IMG/VR virus record: IMGVR_UViG_3300031354_000003
Location: 1-50,106 of that record
DNA: 50,106 nucleotides
Source: a virus
Taxonomy: Duplodnaviria; Caudoviricetes
Reading direction: 5' to 3' (one strand)
The notes beneath the pieces were generated by a model that was not told the DNA's origin, ran no database searches, and saw nothing but the letters and a program-made list of their open reading frames with translations. The position numbers and the translations under genes were made by a program. Every line of letters begins with the position of its first letter. Within the stretch, counting starts at the first letter, position 1. This document shows, piece after piece, positions 7,610 through 15,826 of this stretch.

Positions 7610-8054
7610 CAGGTCAGATATTTTTAAGGGCCGCGTTGGGAATACCCAGCCGGTGCCCGGTGCCGATAGCCCTACGGCAACTGAGATACGAGACAGACGG
7701 GAGCTTGAGCTCAACAAGCTGCAAGCTGAAATCGAGAAGCTTCAGCTCGAGAATAACTCCGCGTATCCGGCTCTCGATAAGCCGCCCGACGTCATCTCGG
7801 ATTCAGAGGCACTTGAAATCCTGAGGCGCGAGCGGGGCCGGGTGCTGGAAGCCTTGCAAGCGGCCACTACCGGGGGCAGCTGGTCGAAGTGCGTTTCCTC
7901 GTTAGAGAAAGTTCAAAGGCTGATATTCGGGTTGCAGGGCGTCCTGAATTCGGGGGATGCTATCGCCCGGCCGTTTGTCTTTATGTCTCTCGAGGACGCC
8001 GAATCTTTCGCAGCCCGATATTTAGGGTCATGTCCAGCCGATTTCCCGGGATAG
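7602..8054 (+). CDS. terS: Putative terminase small subunit
   Basis: Immediately upstream of and overlapping TerL; helical/coiled-coil; GGAG RBS. Assigned by position only. Confidence 0.5.
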   Translation: MVDRSDIFKGRVGNTQPVPGADSPTATEIRDRRELELNKLQAEIEKLQLENNSAYPALDKPPDVISDSEALEILRRERGRVLEALQAATTGGSWSKCVSSLEKVQRLIFGLQGVLNSGDAIARPFVFMSLEDAESFAARYLGSCPADFPG

Positions 8055-9628
8055 CAGACCTCAAAGAGATGCCTCCCGAGGACGTCGCGGTTTTCGCGGA
8101 GTTGTTGCGGCAGTCATTCACGATGTTCGTTTCGTACGCCTTCTGGCTTCGGCGACGGGCCCGGTATCGATGGACTCCGATCCACAAGATAATCGCGGCG
8201 ACCTTGCATCGCGTCGACCTGGGGCTCGAAAACCGGGTTATTCTCAACGCGCCGCCGAGGATGGGCAAATCGGAGTCTATCACGATTCTATGGGTAGCGT
8301 GGCATTTCATCCGGCGCCCAGCGTGCCGATGGATGGAGATCTCGTACTCGGACACGCTCATCGCGTCCCAATCGCTCGCCATCCGCCAAACACTCAAGCT
8401 CCCGGAGTTCCGATACCTGTTCCCGGCGGTCGAGTTCTCACCTGACCAGGAGGCCAAAGGACTTTGGTGGACTACCGAGGGCGGTTCCCTCCGGGTCGCG
8501 AGCTCCGGGGGCCAGATTACAGGTTTTGAAGCCGGGGACCTGGATGACCTGGACGACAAAGGTCGCTACACGTTTTCCGGCGGCATCATTATCAGCGACC
8601 CCGTAAAGCCGGACGATTACAAATCGGCCGTGATTATGTCGGCCTTCAATGAGCGGTATGTCCATACCATCTCGAACCGTGTCAATAGCCCCCGGACTCC
8701 GATTATCGTCGAGGCTCAGCGTATCTCAAACTCGGATCTGTCGGGGTTCTTGCTGAGCGGCGGCGGTGGGTGTAAGTGGTTGCACGTCCGGATTCCGGCC
8801 AAGATAGACCCGGACGACCAGGAAAAAGCTGACCGTCGATATACAAAAGACTGGCGATTTGGGCGGCTGGTGAAATTGAACCTGCCGGATGGCTACATTT
8901 GGCCGGAGAAGTACGATGAGACCCGGGACCTAGAGCTCCTGGAAGCGGCTCCCGAAATCCGGGCATCCCAGCAAATGCAAAACCCGTCGGACACCGGCGG
9001 GAAAATACTGCAGACATTCTGGCTCAGGCGGTTTGAATCCTTTGACGTGGACACCTGGCCGCATCCTCGCGTCAAGAGAGACGGAGAGGTCATCAAGCTC
9101 AAGCGTCTCGACATCTTCGCTGACACGGCGAGCAAGACTCAGACCCAACATGACTACACGGTGTTGCAGCTGTGGGGCCTCGGGGAAGATGGTAACATCT
9201 ACCTGCTTGATCAGCTTCGCGGGCGCTGGGAGATGCCGGAACTCATCCGCCTGTCTGAGGGGTTTCTCAACCGGTACGCGGACCGCAAGCCGCGGCATTA
9301 TGGATGGCGGACGGTGCATGTCGAGGACGCGTCAAGCGGCACGGGCCTCGTTCAGTTCCTCCGCCGGATTTGGGGAGCCCACAGGATAGACGGCGTCAAG
9401 CGGTCGCGGGACAAGGTATCCCGGGCCTTCGATGCGGTCATCCCGCTATCGACAGGCAGAATCTGGGTCCCGGAAAACGCTCACTGGGTCCCGAAGTTTA
9501 TCGACGAAATGAACGAGTTCACCGGCGACGATTCGCATGACCACGATGACCAGTTGGACCCGATGTTTGACGCGGTCTCCGTGCTACTGGATGGCGGGGG
9601 CGGGAAGAGTATATTTGACTTGGTTTAA
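8030..9628 (+). CDS. terL: Terminase large subunit
   Basis: Walker A LNAPPRMGKS, ISYS, variant Walker B IIISDP, nuclease DTASK...DYT, VEDASSG and HDDQLD. Confidence 0.95.
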   Translation: MSSRFPGIADLKEMPPEDVAVFAELLRQSFTMFVSYAFWLRRRARYRWTPIHKIIAATLHRVDLGLENRVILNAPPRMGKSESITILWVAWHFIRRPACRWMEISYSDTLIASQSLAIRQTLKLPEFRYLFPAVEFSPDQEAKGLWWTTEGGSLRVASSGGQITGFEAGDLDDLDDKGRYTFSGGIIISDPVKPDDYKSAVIMSAFNERYVHTISNRVNSPRTPIIVEAQRISNSDLSGFLLSGGGGCKWLHVRIPAKIDPDDQEKADRRYTKDWRFGRLVKLNLPDGYIWPEKYDETRDLELLEAAPEIRASQQMQNPSDTGGKILQTFWLRRFESFDVDTWPHPRVKRDGEVIKLKRLDIFADTASKTQTQHDYTVLQLWGLGEDGNIYLLDQLRGRWEMPELIRLSEGFLNRYADRKPRHYGWRTVHVEDASSGTGLVQFLRRIWGAHRIDGVKRSRDKVSRAFDAVIPLSTGRIWVPENAHWVPKFIDEMNEFTGDDSHDHDDQLDPMFDAVSVLLDGGGGKSIFDLV

Positions 9629-9636
9629 CATTGCCG

Positions 9637-9867
9637 TCAGAAGAATTTGATTTGTATCCTTAGGCCCAGCGCTTCGGCGACTCGTATAGCTGTGCGAAGC
9701 GGCCACTCTCCGAGTTTCAGGAGTTCTTCTGCGTCTATAATCGTAACGCCCAACTTTTCAGCCACCGTTTTTTCGTCGTATCTACGCCGTAAGATTTTGT
9801 AGAGAGCAGCTCTCTGGATTTGTTGGCTGAGAGACTCTTCAGTTTTTGATTTGTTGTAGGAGTGCAT
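9637..9867 (-). CDS. XRE-like helix-turn-helix protein
   Basis: VAEKLGVT...LRTAIRVAEALGLRIQI pattern; GAAAGGAAAACC RBS. Confidence 0.65.
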   Translation of the reverse strand: MHSYNKSKTEESLSQQIQRAALYKILRRRYDEKTVAEKLGVTIIDAEELLKLGEWPLRTAIRVAEALGLRIQIKFF

Positions 9868-9887
9868 ATTGGTTTTCCTTTCTTCGT

Positions 9888-10256
9888 TTAACGGCGCCAT
9901 CCATACCGGTCGATGTACCCCGAGCACAGGTTGCCGATGTCTTCGTCGCCGGCTCCCAGGTCTCGGTATCTGGCCAGTGCAGAGTAGAGCTCTTCCTTCT
10001 TTCCGCGCACGGCACCCTGGTCGCCGGAGTCCATCGCCAGGGCTGTTTCATGCATTATTCTGAGCACCGTGGACCGCTGGTCGTCGAGAGTTGGTTTTCT
10101 TGATTGGATGGCCTCAAAATCATCCGCTTTGACGAAACCGGGGAAAGCCCCGTTCAGCATCTCGACCAGCTGATGGCGTTCGGCCTCGATTCCGGCCAGG
10201 GTTTTCGAGGTCGCCAGAACCGGACCCCAGGTTCCTCTTTTCACGAGTTTCCACAT
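9888..10256 (-). CDS. Hypothetical protein
   Basis: 122 aa, AAGGAG RBS. Confidence 0.6.
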   Translation of the reverse strand: MWKLVKRGTWGPVLATSKTLAGIEAERHQLVEMLNGAFPGFVKADDFEAIQSRKPTLDDQRSTVLRIMHETALAMDSGDQGAVRGKKEELYSALARYRDLGAGDEDIGNLCSGYIDRYGWRR

Positions 10257-10268
10257 GTCAGTCTCCTT

Positions 10269-10625
10269 TTAATTTCTCGCCGTCATCAGCTCCTTGGCCT
10301 CGGCGACGTTGATTGTCCGGCCCCTGTGACGCCGGATTCTGGCCTTTATCTCCTTAGGGTCCTGTTCGGTGTACTCGGCTACCGCTTCGACAAAGGCTGC
10401 CACGGGGCGCGTCCCTCGGGAGCTGTTGCATTTCAGGCAGCAGGTCACCAGGTTTCCGGCCTCGTTGGTCCCGCCCTTGCTGTACGGCTTGATGTGGTCC
10501 AAGGTCAGTTTGGTCTCTTGCTCGACGGACGCCTGGCAGTAGATACAGGCCATGCCGTCGCGGAGGTAGATGGCCAGGCGTTTTTCGTCCCGAATCCAAT
10601 GCATTCCTTGCGTCCGTTTTTTCAT
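10269..10625 (-). CDS. HNH endonuclease (Zn-binding McrA-like)
   Basis: RDGMACIYC...TLDHIKPYSKGGTN...NLVTCCLKCNSSRG; AGGAGG RBS. Confidence 0.9.
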   Translation of the reverse strand: MKKRTQGMHWIRDEKRLAIYLRDGMACIYCQASVEQETKLTLDHIKPYSKGGTNEAGNLVTCCLKCNSSRGTRPVAAFVEAVAEYTEQDPKEIKARIRRHRGRTINVAEAKELMTARN

Positions 10626-10653
10626 CTTTGGCCTCCTGTCAGCTCCTAATAAT

Positions 10654-10682
10654 AAGATAACACCTATAGGTGGTGACGTCAA
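10654..10682 (-). promoter_or_regulatory. Repeated early promoter, copy 8 (TTGACG-17-TATCTT)
   Basis: Same palindrome and TAGGAGCTGAC leader; drives the HNH cassette. Confidence 0.8.
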
Positions 10683-10710
10683 CCGGGAAACGACATTCTG
10701 CGGGTTAAAC

Positions 10711-10740
10711 TTGACTTTTTTCGGGCCGACCTGCGACAAT
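10711..10740 (+). promoter_or_regulatory. Rightward promoter of the fibre/head operon (TTGACT-18-GACAAT)
   Basis: Back to back with copy 8, mirroring the 7008 arrangement. Confidence 0.45.
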
Positions 10741-10749
10741 CCAAGTGGC

Positions 10750-12486
10750 ATGTCGAATATTAAACAGTTTATCAGCGTAAATATCAACGGGATTCCGCGA
10801 CTTGAGACGTTAATCGGAGGCCGGGTTTGGCCAACGCATGCGCACAGCTCGCACTCCGGGCTCTCGGCGGACGACCACACGCAATACATGCTAAATACTG
10901 CGGGCATCGCCAGGCAGTTCACGGGCGACGTCTATTTTCAGCAGGATCTCCGGGGCACCGGCCGCCTGCGGCTGGATGACAACTTCCGCGCCGGCCAGGG
11001 GACTTGGACCCAGGACGGCATCGACGTGTCCGTGGGGGCCTCAGAATGGGCTGCGCTGTATGCGGCATTCGGCGGCCATGTTTCGATAATCGGAGCCCTG
11101 AATACGCTCAGCAGCGGACTGTTTGGTCTCGAGGAAGACCAAGTTCTATTTGGGGACACCGACGGGACTGTCGCGCAGTCGAGCAGCTTGAAATACGATC
11201 CGGATATAACTCAACTCGTGCTCGATGTCGCCTTTCCAGGGGCTACGGCGCTGGGTGCCGGTGTTATCGCACCGACTGTAGGGGTAGGCCAGGGGTTTTA
11301 TCTGCACACAAACGCCAGGATTGACAGCCCCACGAGGTCCGGGAGCACGTGGGCGGCATCCGGGGTCAAGCTCGCTGACGACTCGGACGAGTGGGACGAT
11401 ATGGAATCACTTGGCGGCGGGGAGGTTTCCCTGTTCGCCTTGATTTCGGCCGCGGCAGCCTCGGGCGCAGTGACCGGTCTCGAGGAGGACCAAGTTCTTT
11501 TGGGTGGATTCTCGGGTGGCATCGAACAGTCAAGCAGCTTGCAGTTTGATGATGTCGATTTGACGATATCCGAGGACCCGGACGTCGACCCGACGCACGT
11601 CATGACGATAAATTGGCACCAGATTTTTGGCGGTGATAACGTGACGCTTGATGGCGAGGTAGACAAAATATTCGCCCTCGGTACCAATTTGGAGCTGAAT
11701 GGGTCGCCAAATTATTTGGCTGTCTTGGGATCCGGGACTGTAGATGCCGATAGGTCTCTTATCGCGGGAAGCGTGCTCGATATAGGGCAGGGTACCGGGC
11801 ACACCGGCGCCCAGGCGGATGCGTTGCTTTGCCTGGGTACGAACCTCACGGTCGATGCCGACTTCGGGTCCGTAATCGGTACTGTTATAGACATCGATTC
11901 GGGCAACTTTGTCTCGGCACTCGGCCAGCATATCGACATTTCCCATGACTACGCCACGGCTCGCGGAAACTATGTGTCTACTATCTGGGAGGGCGCCAGG
12001 CATTACGCCCTGGACCAATACGATTCGGACCCTGGGTCCGCGATGGGCGTGGATGGCCTTGTGCTCGTCGGGGACCAATCCGGTGGGGGCCCGTGCGTTT
12101 TGCACACCACATTTTCGGATACCGCGGACTACTCGTTTTCGATACCCGACAGCCGGGCTGTTTTGATTGAGTTTGACGTCATGACGTCTTCTGTCGGCAC
12201 GGACGCCAGTAAAAACGGGCTGTATGCTCGTACGGGTACTGCGCTCCTTTGGCGCAACGGCGGCTTTTTCGGGTGGGAGAATGACTCGACTGTGGTCGTA
12301 GACCGCGGCGGCTCTGACGGCGATTCTTGGACAACTTCGGTAGCATTCACACACAACCCGGCTGACCCGGATGGTGCTGTTCGGGTTACGGTGACTGTCA
12401 CCGGAACCTGTACCACGGATTTGATTCATGAGCTCGTCATCAAATCGGCAATCGTAATGCAAACAGCGTATTACAAATCGAGTTAA
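10750..12486 (+). CDS. Fibre-like virion protein (possible head/neck fibre)
   Basis: HSGLSADDHTQY fibre motif, internal duplication (GLEEDQVLxG...QSSSLxxD twice) and Gly-rich beta-roll-like repeats. Confidence 0.6.
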   Translation: MSNIKQFISVNINGIPRLETLIGGRVWPTHAHSSHSGLSADDHTQYMLNTAGIARQFTGDVYFQQDLRGTGRLRLDDNFRAGQGTWTQDGIDVSVGASEWAALYAAFGGHVSIIGALNTLSSGLFGLEEDQVLFGDTDGTVAQSSSLKYDPDITQLVLDVAFPGATALGAGVIAPTVGVGQGFYLHTNARIDSPTRSGSTWAASGVKLADDSDEWDDMESLGGGEVSLFALISAAAASGAVTGLEEDQVLLGGFSGGIEQSSSLQFDDVDLTISEDPDVDPTHVMTINWHQIFGGDNVTLDGEVDKIFALGTNLELNGSPNYLAVLGSGTVDADRSLIAGSVLDIGQGTGHTGAQADALLCLGTNLTVDADFGSVIGTVIDIDSGNFVSALGQHIDISHDYATARGNYVSTIWEGARHYALDQYDSDPGSAMGVDGLVLVGDQSGGGPCVLHTTFSDTADYSFSIPDSRAVLIEFDVMTSSVGTDASKNGLYARTGTALLWRNGGFFGWENDSTVVVDRGGSDGDSWTTSVAFTHNPADPDGAVRVTVTVTGTCTTDLIHELVIKSAIVMQTAYYKSS

Positions 12487-12487
12487 A

Positions 12488-13207
12488 ATGATAATCCGGA
12501 ACCCGAAGATATGGTGTATAAATCTTGATCGGTCGGCTGACCGTTGGGCGCATGTGCAAAAGACTTTCGGGCCGAGCATAATCCGGGTTCCGGCTACCGA
12601 TGGTATGCAGTGGTCGGATGGTACCTACGACGCTGAGGGCAGGCCAAACTGGGACAGGTATCCGCTAGATATCGACCCGACATTCTGTTACTTCAAAATG
12701 TTTCCGACTACGTACGCCTGTAACCTATCCCACCATCAGGCTTTAGTCAGTTTTCTAAGAACGGCCGACGACTGGGGAGTCATTATCGAAGACGATACGG
12801 AGCCGGTGGGCGACTTAACTGAGATTGAAGTACCGGACGATTGTGACTTTTTCTACCTGATCGGCGCGCAGCACCCCGGAAGCCGGCTGTCATTGTACCC
12901 TGACGGGCAAGTTCGCGGGTTCCGGACGCTGGCTGCCTATGTCCTATCACGGTCAGCGGCGTTGTTGGCCTTGCAGGCGATGATGCCGACGCAATACTAC
13001 CAAGCGGACCATCAAGTTCCGCTCAGGTGCTTTGAGTCGGCGGCGCGTGGCAGCTGGGAGCGTCCCAATTGGCCTGAGCTGCGGTACCGCATCAAGGCAT
13101 ACGGGCAGCCGGAATCCATCGTACAGCATAGCGAGCACGCGAAAGTATCGACATTTACTCGGGATGGTCGGAAACCGTGGATCCCGGATTGTATGAATAT
13201 CGTTTAG
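12488..13207 (+). CDS. Glycosyltransferase family 25
   Basis: CINLDRSADRW, ACNLSH, IIEDD, AYVLSRSAA and ADH motifs. Confidence 0.85.
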   Translation: MIIRNPKIWCINLDRSADRWAHVQKTFGPSIIRVPATDGMQWSDGTYDAEGRPNWDRYPLDIDPTFCYFKMFPTTYACNLSHHQALVSFLRTADDWGVIIEDDTEPVGDLTEIEVPDDCDFFYLIGAQHPGSRLSLYPDGQVRGFRTLAAYVLSRSAALLALQAMMPTQYYQADHQVPLRCFESAARGSWERPNWPELRYRIKAYGQPESIVQHSEHAKVSTFTRDGRKPWIPDCMNIV

Positions 13208-13217
13208 AGGAGGCCTT

Positions 13218-13628
13218 GTGAAAAAAGAAGTACCGACAATGACCATCGGCACCCTGCTGATGCTTCGGGAGATTTGGAAAAAATGCGCCGGGAAGGGAAA
13301 CCTACCGGTAAACGCCGGCACGGCGGAGAATTTGTTCCGGGTTGAGCGGGCGTTGAAGCCGGTTGCCGAGCTCCAAGAGGACCCGGACGTGAAAGTTTTC
13401 CTCAGCCGCCCGGATAAGGACGACCCGGATTTCAACGCAGAAGCCCGGGAGGCTGGCGAGAAGAAATGGAAAGCCTTGCTTGAACAATGGGTGCCGTTCC
13501 AGGCTCGCAAGTACGATATGGCCCGGATTCCGGACACCCTGATGACGAGCCCTCCGGCTCCCGGGGAGCCGAGCCTTGACGCACTGTTTACGCAGATGCT
13601 TATCATGATTGGGCAGATTGGGGGCTGA
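13218..13628 (+). CDS. Hypothetical protein (possible fibre chaperone)
   Basis: GAGGAGG RBS with GTG start; helical; function by position only. Confidence 0.55.
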   Translation: MKKEVPTMTIGTLLMLREIWKKCAGKGNLPVNAGTAENLFRVERALKPVAELQEDPDVKVFLSRPDKDDPDFNAEAREAGEKKWKALLEQWVPFQARKYDMARIPDTLMTSPPAPGEPSLDALFTQMLIMIGQIGG

Positions 13629-13629
13629 T

Positions 13630-15012
13630 ATGCCGGGTCCCGGATACCTCAACGACTCTTTGACCAATTTTGTGTCAAATCTTGGGACGGACCGCGACAA
13701 GGCGATGCACTCGTTTTTCGCCCGCTTGCTGCTGAGCCAAGAATCCTTGTCGACGATTTACCGGTTTGGAGGCATCGGTGGGAAAATCGTCGACTGCGTG
13801 GCCGAGGATGCCGGGCGCAAATGGCGGGAGGTCGTAATCCCGGGCGAGGACACGCAGCCGTTCAATGACCTCGAAGACGACCTTGATATCAACGAGGCTT
13901 TTGTCGACGGGATGCGGTGGGCCAGGCTTTACGGCGGGGCTGCGGGATTGATTGAAATCCCGGGCGATGACCCATCGTTGGAGTTGAACCCGGATTCCGT
14001 GAGCCCGAACAAGCCGGTATCCGGTCTCATAATCCGCGACCGACATACGTTGGCTGTTGATGTCGAATATCGGTCCGGCGGCCACCAGGACTACACCGAC
14101 CTGACCGACGGTCAGCATTGGCATCCGTCGCGGGTGCTTGTATTCTTCGGCCGGAAACTGCCGTACCACGAGCGAATCCGAGAGCAGGGTTGGGGGGCGT
14201 CCATCTTTGAACGCGTCTACCGGGCCCTGCTGAACGAGGAAACGATTGCGGCGGAGATAGCGTCACTCGTCCATGAGGCTTACGTTGACCATATTGGGGT
14301 CGAGAACCTGGACATGTACCTCGATGGCGGCGAGAAGCAAGCCAAGTTTGAGCGTCGGTACCAGCTGTACAAGATGCTCAAGGCTACGAATAACGTCGCT
14401 TTGCACGACCAAGACAACGAAGAATACTACAATTCCGGGTCCTCGACGGCGATTGCAAACCTCGCCCCGGTACTCGAGCGCCACGCAAATCGGATAGCGT
14501 CTATCGTTGACATACCGATGACCCGGCTTTACGGCGCCTTGGCATCCGGGCTCAATACCTCATCGCAGGTCAACGCCCTGGATTACGAGGCGATGGTCGC
14601 CGGGGAGCAGCGGAGTCGCTTTGACAAGCCGCTGAGATACTTCGACAAGCTCCTTTGCCGCTCGGTTTACGGGCGCGTGCCGGATGGGTTCCGGTCGAAC
14701 TGGGTTGCCCTCGGCGAGGTGTCCCAAAAAGAGAAGATGGAGACCTTCAAACTTTTTGCGGAGTCCGTCGGCCTGCTCTTGGACAAAGGTGTCATTATCG
14801 CTGGGCACGCGGCCGACTATCTTGCCGGGCAGGGCAATAGCCCGCTGACCGTCGAACAAGACTTCGCCGACTATCTGCTCGAGCGCGATGGCGCCGACGG
14901 CTCAGACCCCCGGGTTCCGCTGCCGGAAACCGGAAACCAGGACCCAGGAAACCAAGGTGATCCCGATGGCGCTGAACTACGAAAAACTGGAAGCGGCGTT
15001 CCGACGGAATAA
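13630..15012 (+). CDS. Portal protein (DUF1073-type)
   Basis: DSLTNFVSNLGTDRDK, KIVDCVAED..R.W, WARLYGG, HPSRV and IPMTRLYG..SGLN. Confidence 0.92.
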   Translation: MPGPGYLNDSLTNFVSNLGTDRDKAMHSFFARLLLSQESLSTIYRFGGIGGKIVDCVAEDAGRKWREVVIPGEDTQPFNDLEDDLDINEAFVDGMRWARLYGGAAGLIEIPGDDPSLELNPDSVSPNKPVSGLIIRDRHTLAVDVEYRSGGHQDYTDLTDGQHWHPSRVLVFFGRKLPYHERIREQGWGASIFERVYRALLNEETIAAEIASLVHEAYVDHIGVENLDMYLDGGEKQAKFERRYQLYKMLKATNNVALHDQDNEEYYNSGSSTAIANLAPVLERHANRIASIVDIPMTRLYGALASGLNTSSQVNALDYEAMVAGEQRSRFDKPLRYFDKLLCRSVYGRVPDGFRSNWVALGEVSQKEKMETFKLFAESVGLLLDKGVIIAGHAADYLAGQGNSPLTVEQDFADYLLERDGADGSDPRVPLPETGNQDPGNQGDPDGAELRKTGSGVPTE

Positions 15013-15772
15013 GCGGCCGAGGGGCGTATCCGTGCCCGCGGTGGCCGACATGCGGGTAGAGGCCTTGCTTGTCGGCCACCAGCTTGACCTGTGGCAGCGG
15101 GCAGCGGAAGCCGTGTTTCGCGAGATTCAGGTGACGGACTCCGGGTTTATGGATTTCGCGCAGCGGGACATCCAGTCGCTGTGTGCCCGGATGTACAACC
15201 GGTACTCCGGGCTGACGGCGCTGTCTGAGCGACTGAAAGCCAATTACGAGAAAAATAATGAGAGCCACAAGCGTCTTTTCCTCCGTGCGATGAACCAAGC
15301 TATCGGGACATCGGTCGCCGACCTTCTGTCGGACGGTCAATCGGCGGCCGAGGTTCAGCTTGGAGTCGACCGGTCCGTCGGCCTGATTACAACGCTTTCC
15401 CAAGAAATGTCGGCCAGACTCGGTAAAGAAATCATGAAGGGTATCTCCGAGGGCCGGGACGACTTCTCTCTCCGGAAGTACATCCTCGAGGAGGCTTCCG
15501 GGTACCCGGAGTGGCGGGCAAAGCTCATTGCTCGCGACCAGACAGGAAAGCTGTTTTCCGGGCTGTCGAAAGTCAGACAGCAGGACGTCGGGATCACCCA
15601 GTACAGGTGGCGGACTGTCGGCGACGGAGCGGTAAGACCGACGCACGCCGCGCTGTCAAACACGTTACAGGAATGGTCAAGCCCGCCGGACGTCGGGCAC
15701 CCGGGGGAAGACATCCAGTGTCGTTGTGTCGCGGACCCGGTCCTCGAGACTGCCCGGCTGTTTGCCGCCTAA
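14966..15772 (+). CDS. Minor head morphogenesis protein (MuF/SPP1 gp7)
   Basis: RAKLIARDQTGK, YRWRTVGDGAVRPTH and HPGEDIQCRC. Confidence 0.92.
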   Translation: MALNYEKLEAAFRRNKRPRGVSVPAVADMRVEALLVGHQLDLWQRAAEAVFREIQVTDSGFMDFAQRDIQSLCARMYNRYSGLTALSERLKANYEKNNESHKRLFLRAMNQAIGTSVADLLSDGQSAAEVQLGVDRSVGLITTLSQEMSARLGKEIMKGISEGRDDFSLRKYILEEASGYPEWRAKLIARDQTGKLFSGLSKVRQQDVGITQYRWRTVGDGAVRPTHAALSNTLQEWSSPPDVGHPGEDIQCRCVADPVLETARLFAA

Positions 15773-15826
15773 AATTTAACCGGGTCTCACCTTGATTTTT
15801 ATACCCAGTCCGTAAATAGTGGAACC

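Noticed and set aside
546-10682. Dispersed repeats as CRISPR repeats or integron attC sites
   Set aside because: They are separated by whole genes, contain -35/-10 boxes at 17 bp, and no cas operon or integron integrase is present.
13630-15012. Anti-CBASS Acb1 label often attached to DUF1073 proteins
   Set aside because: Portal by motifs and position; no HxT 2H-phosphoesterase domain seen.
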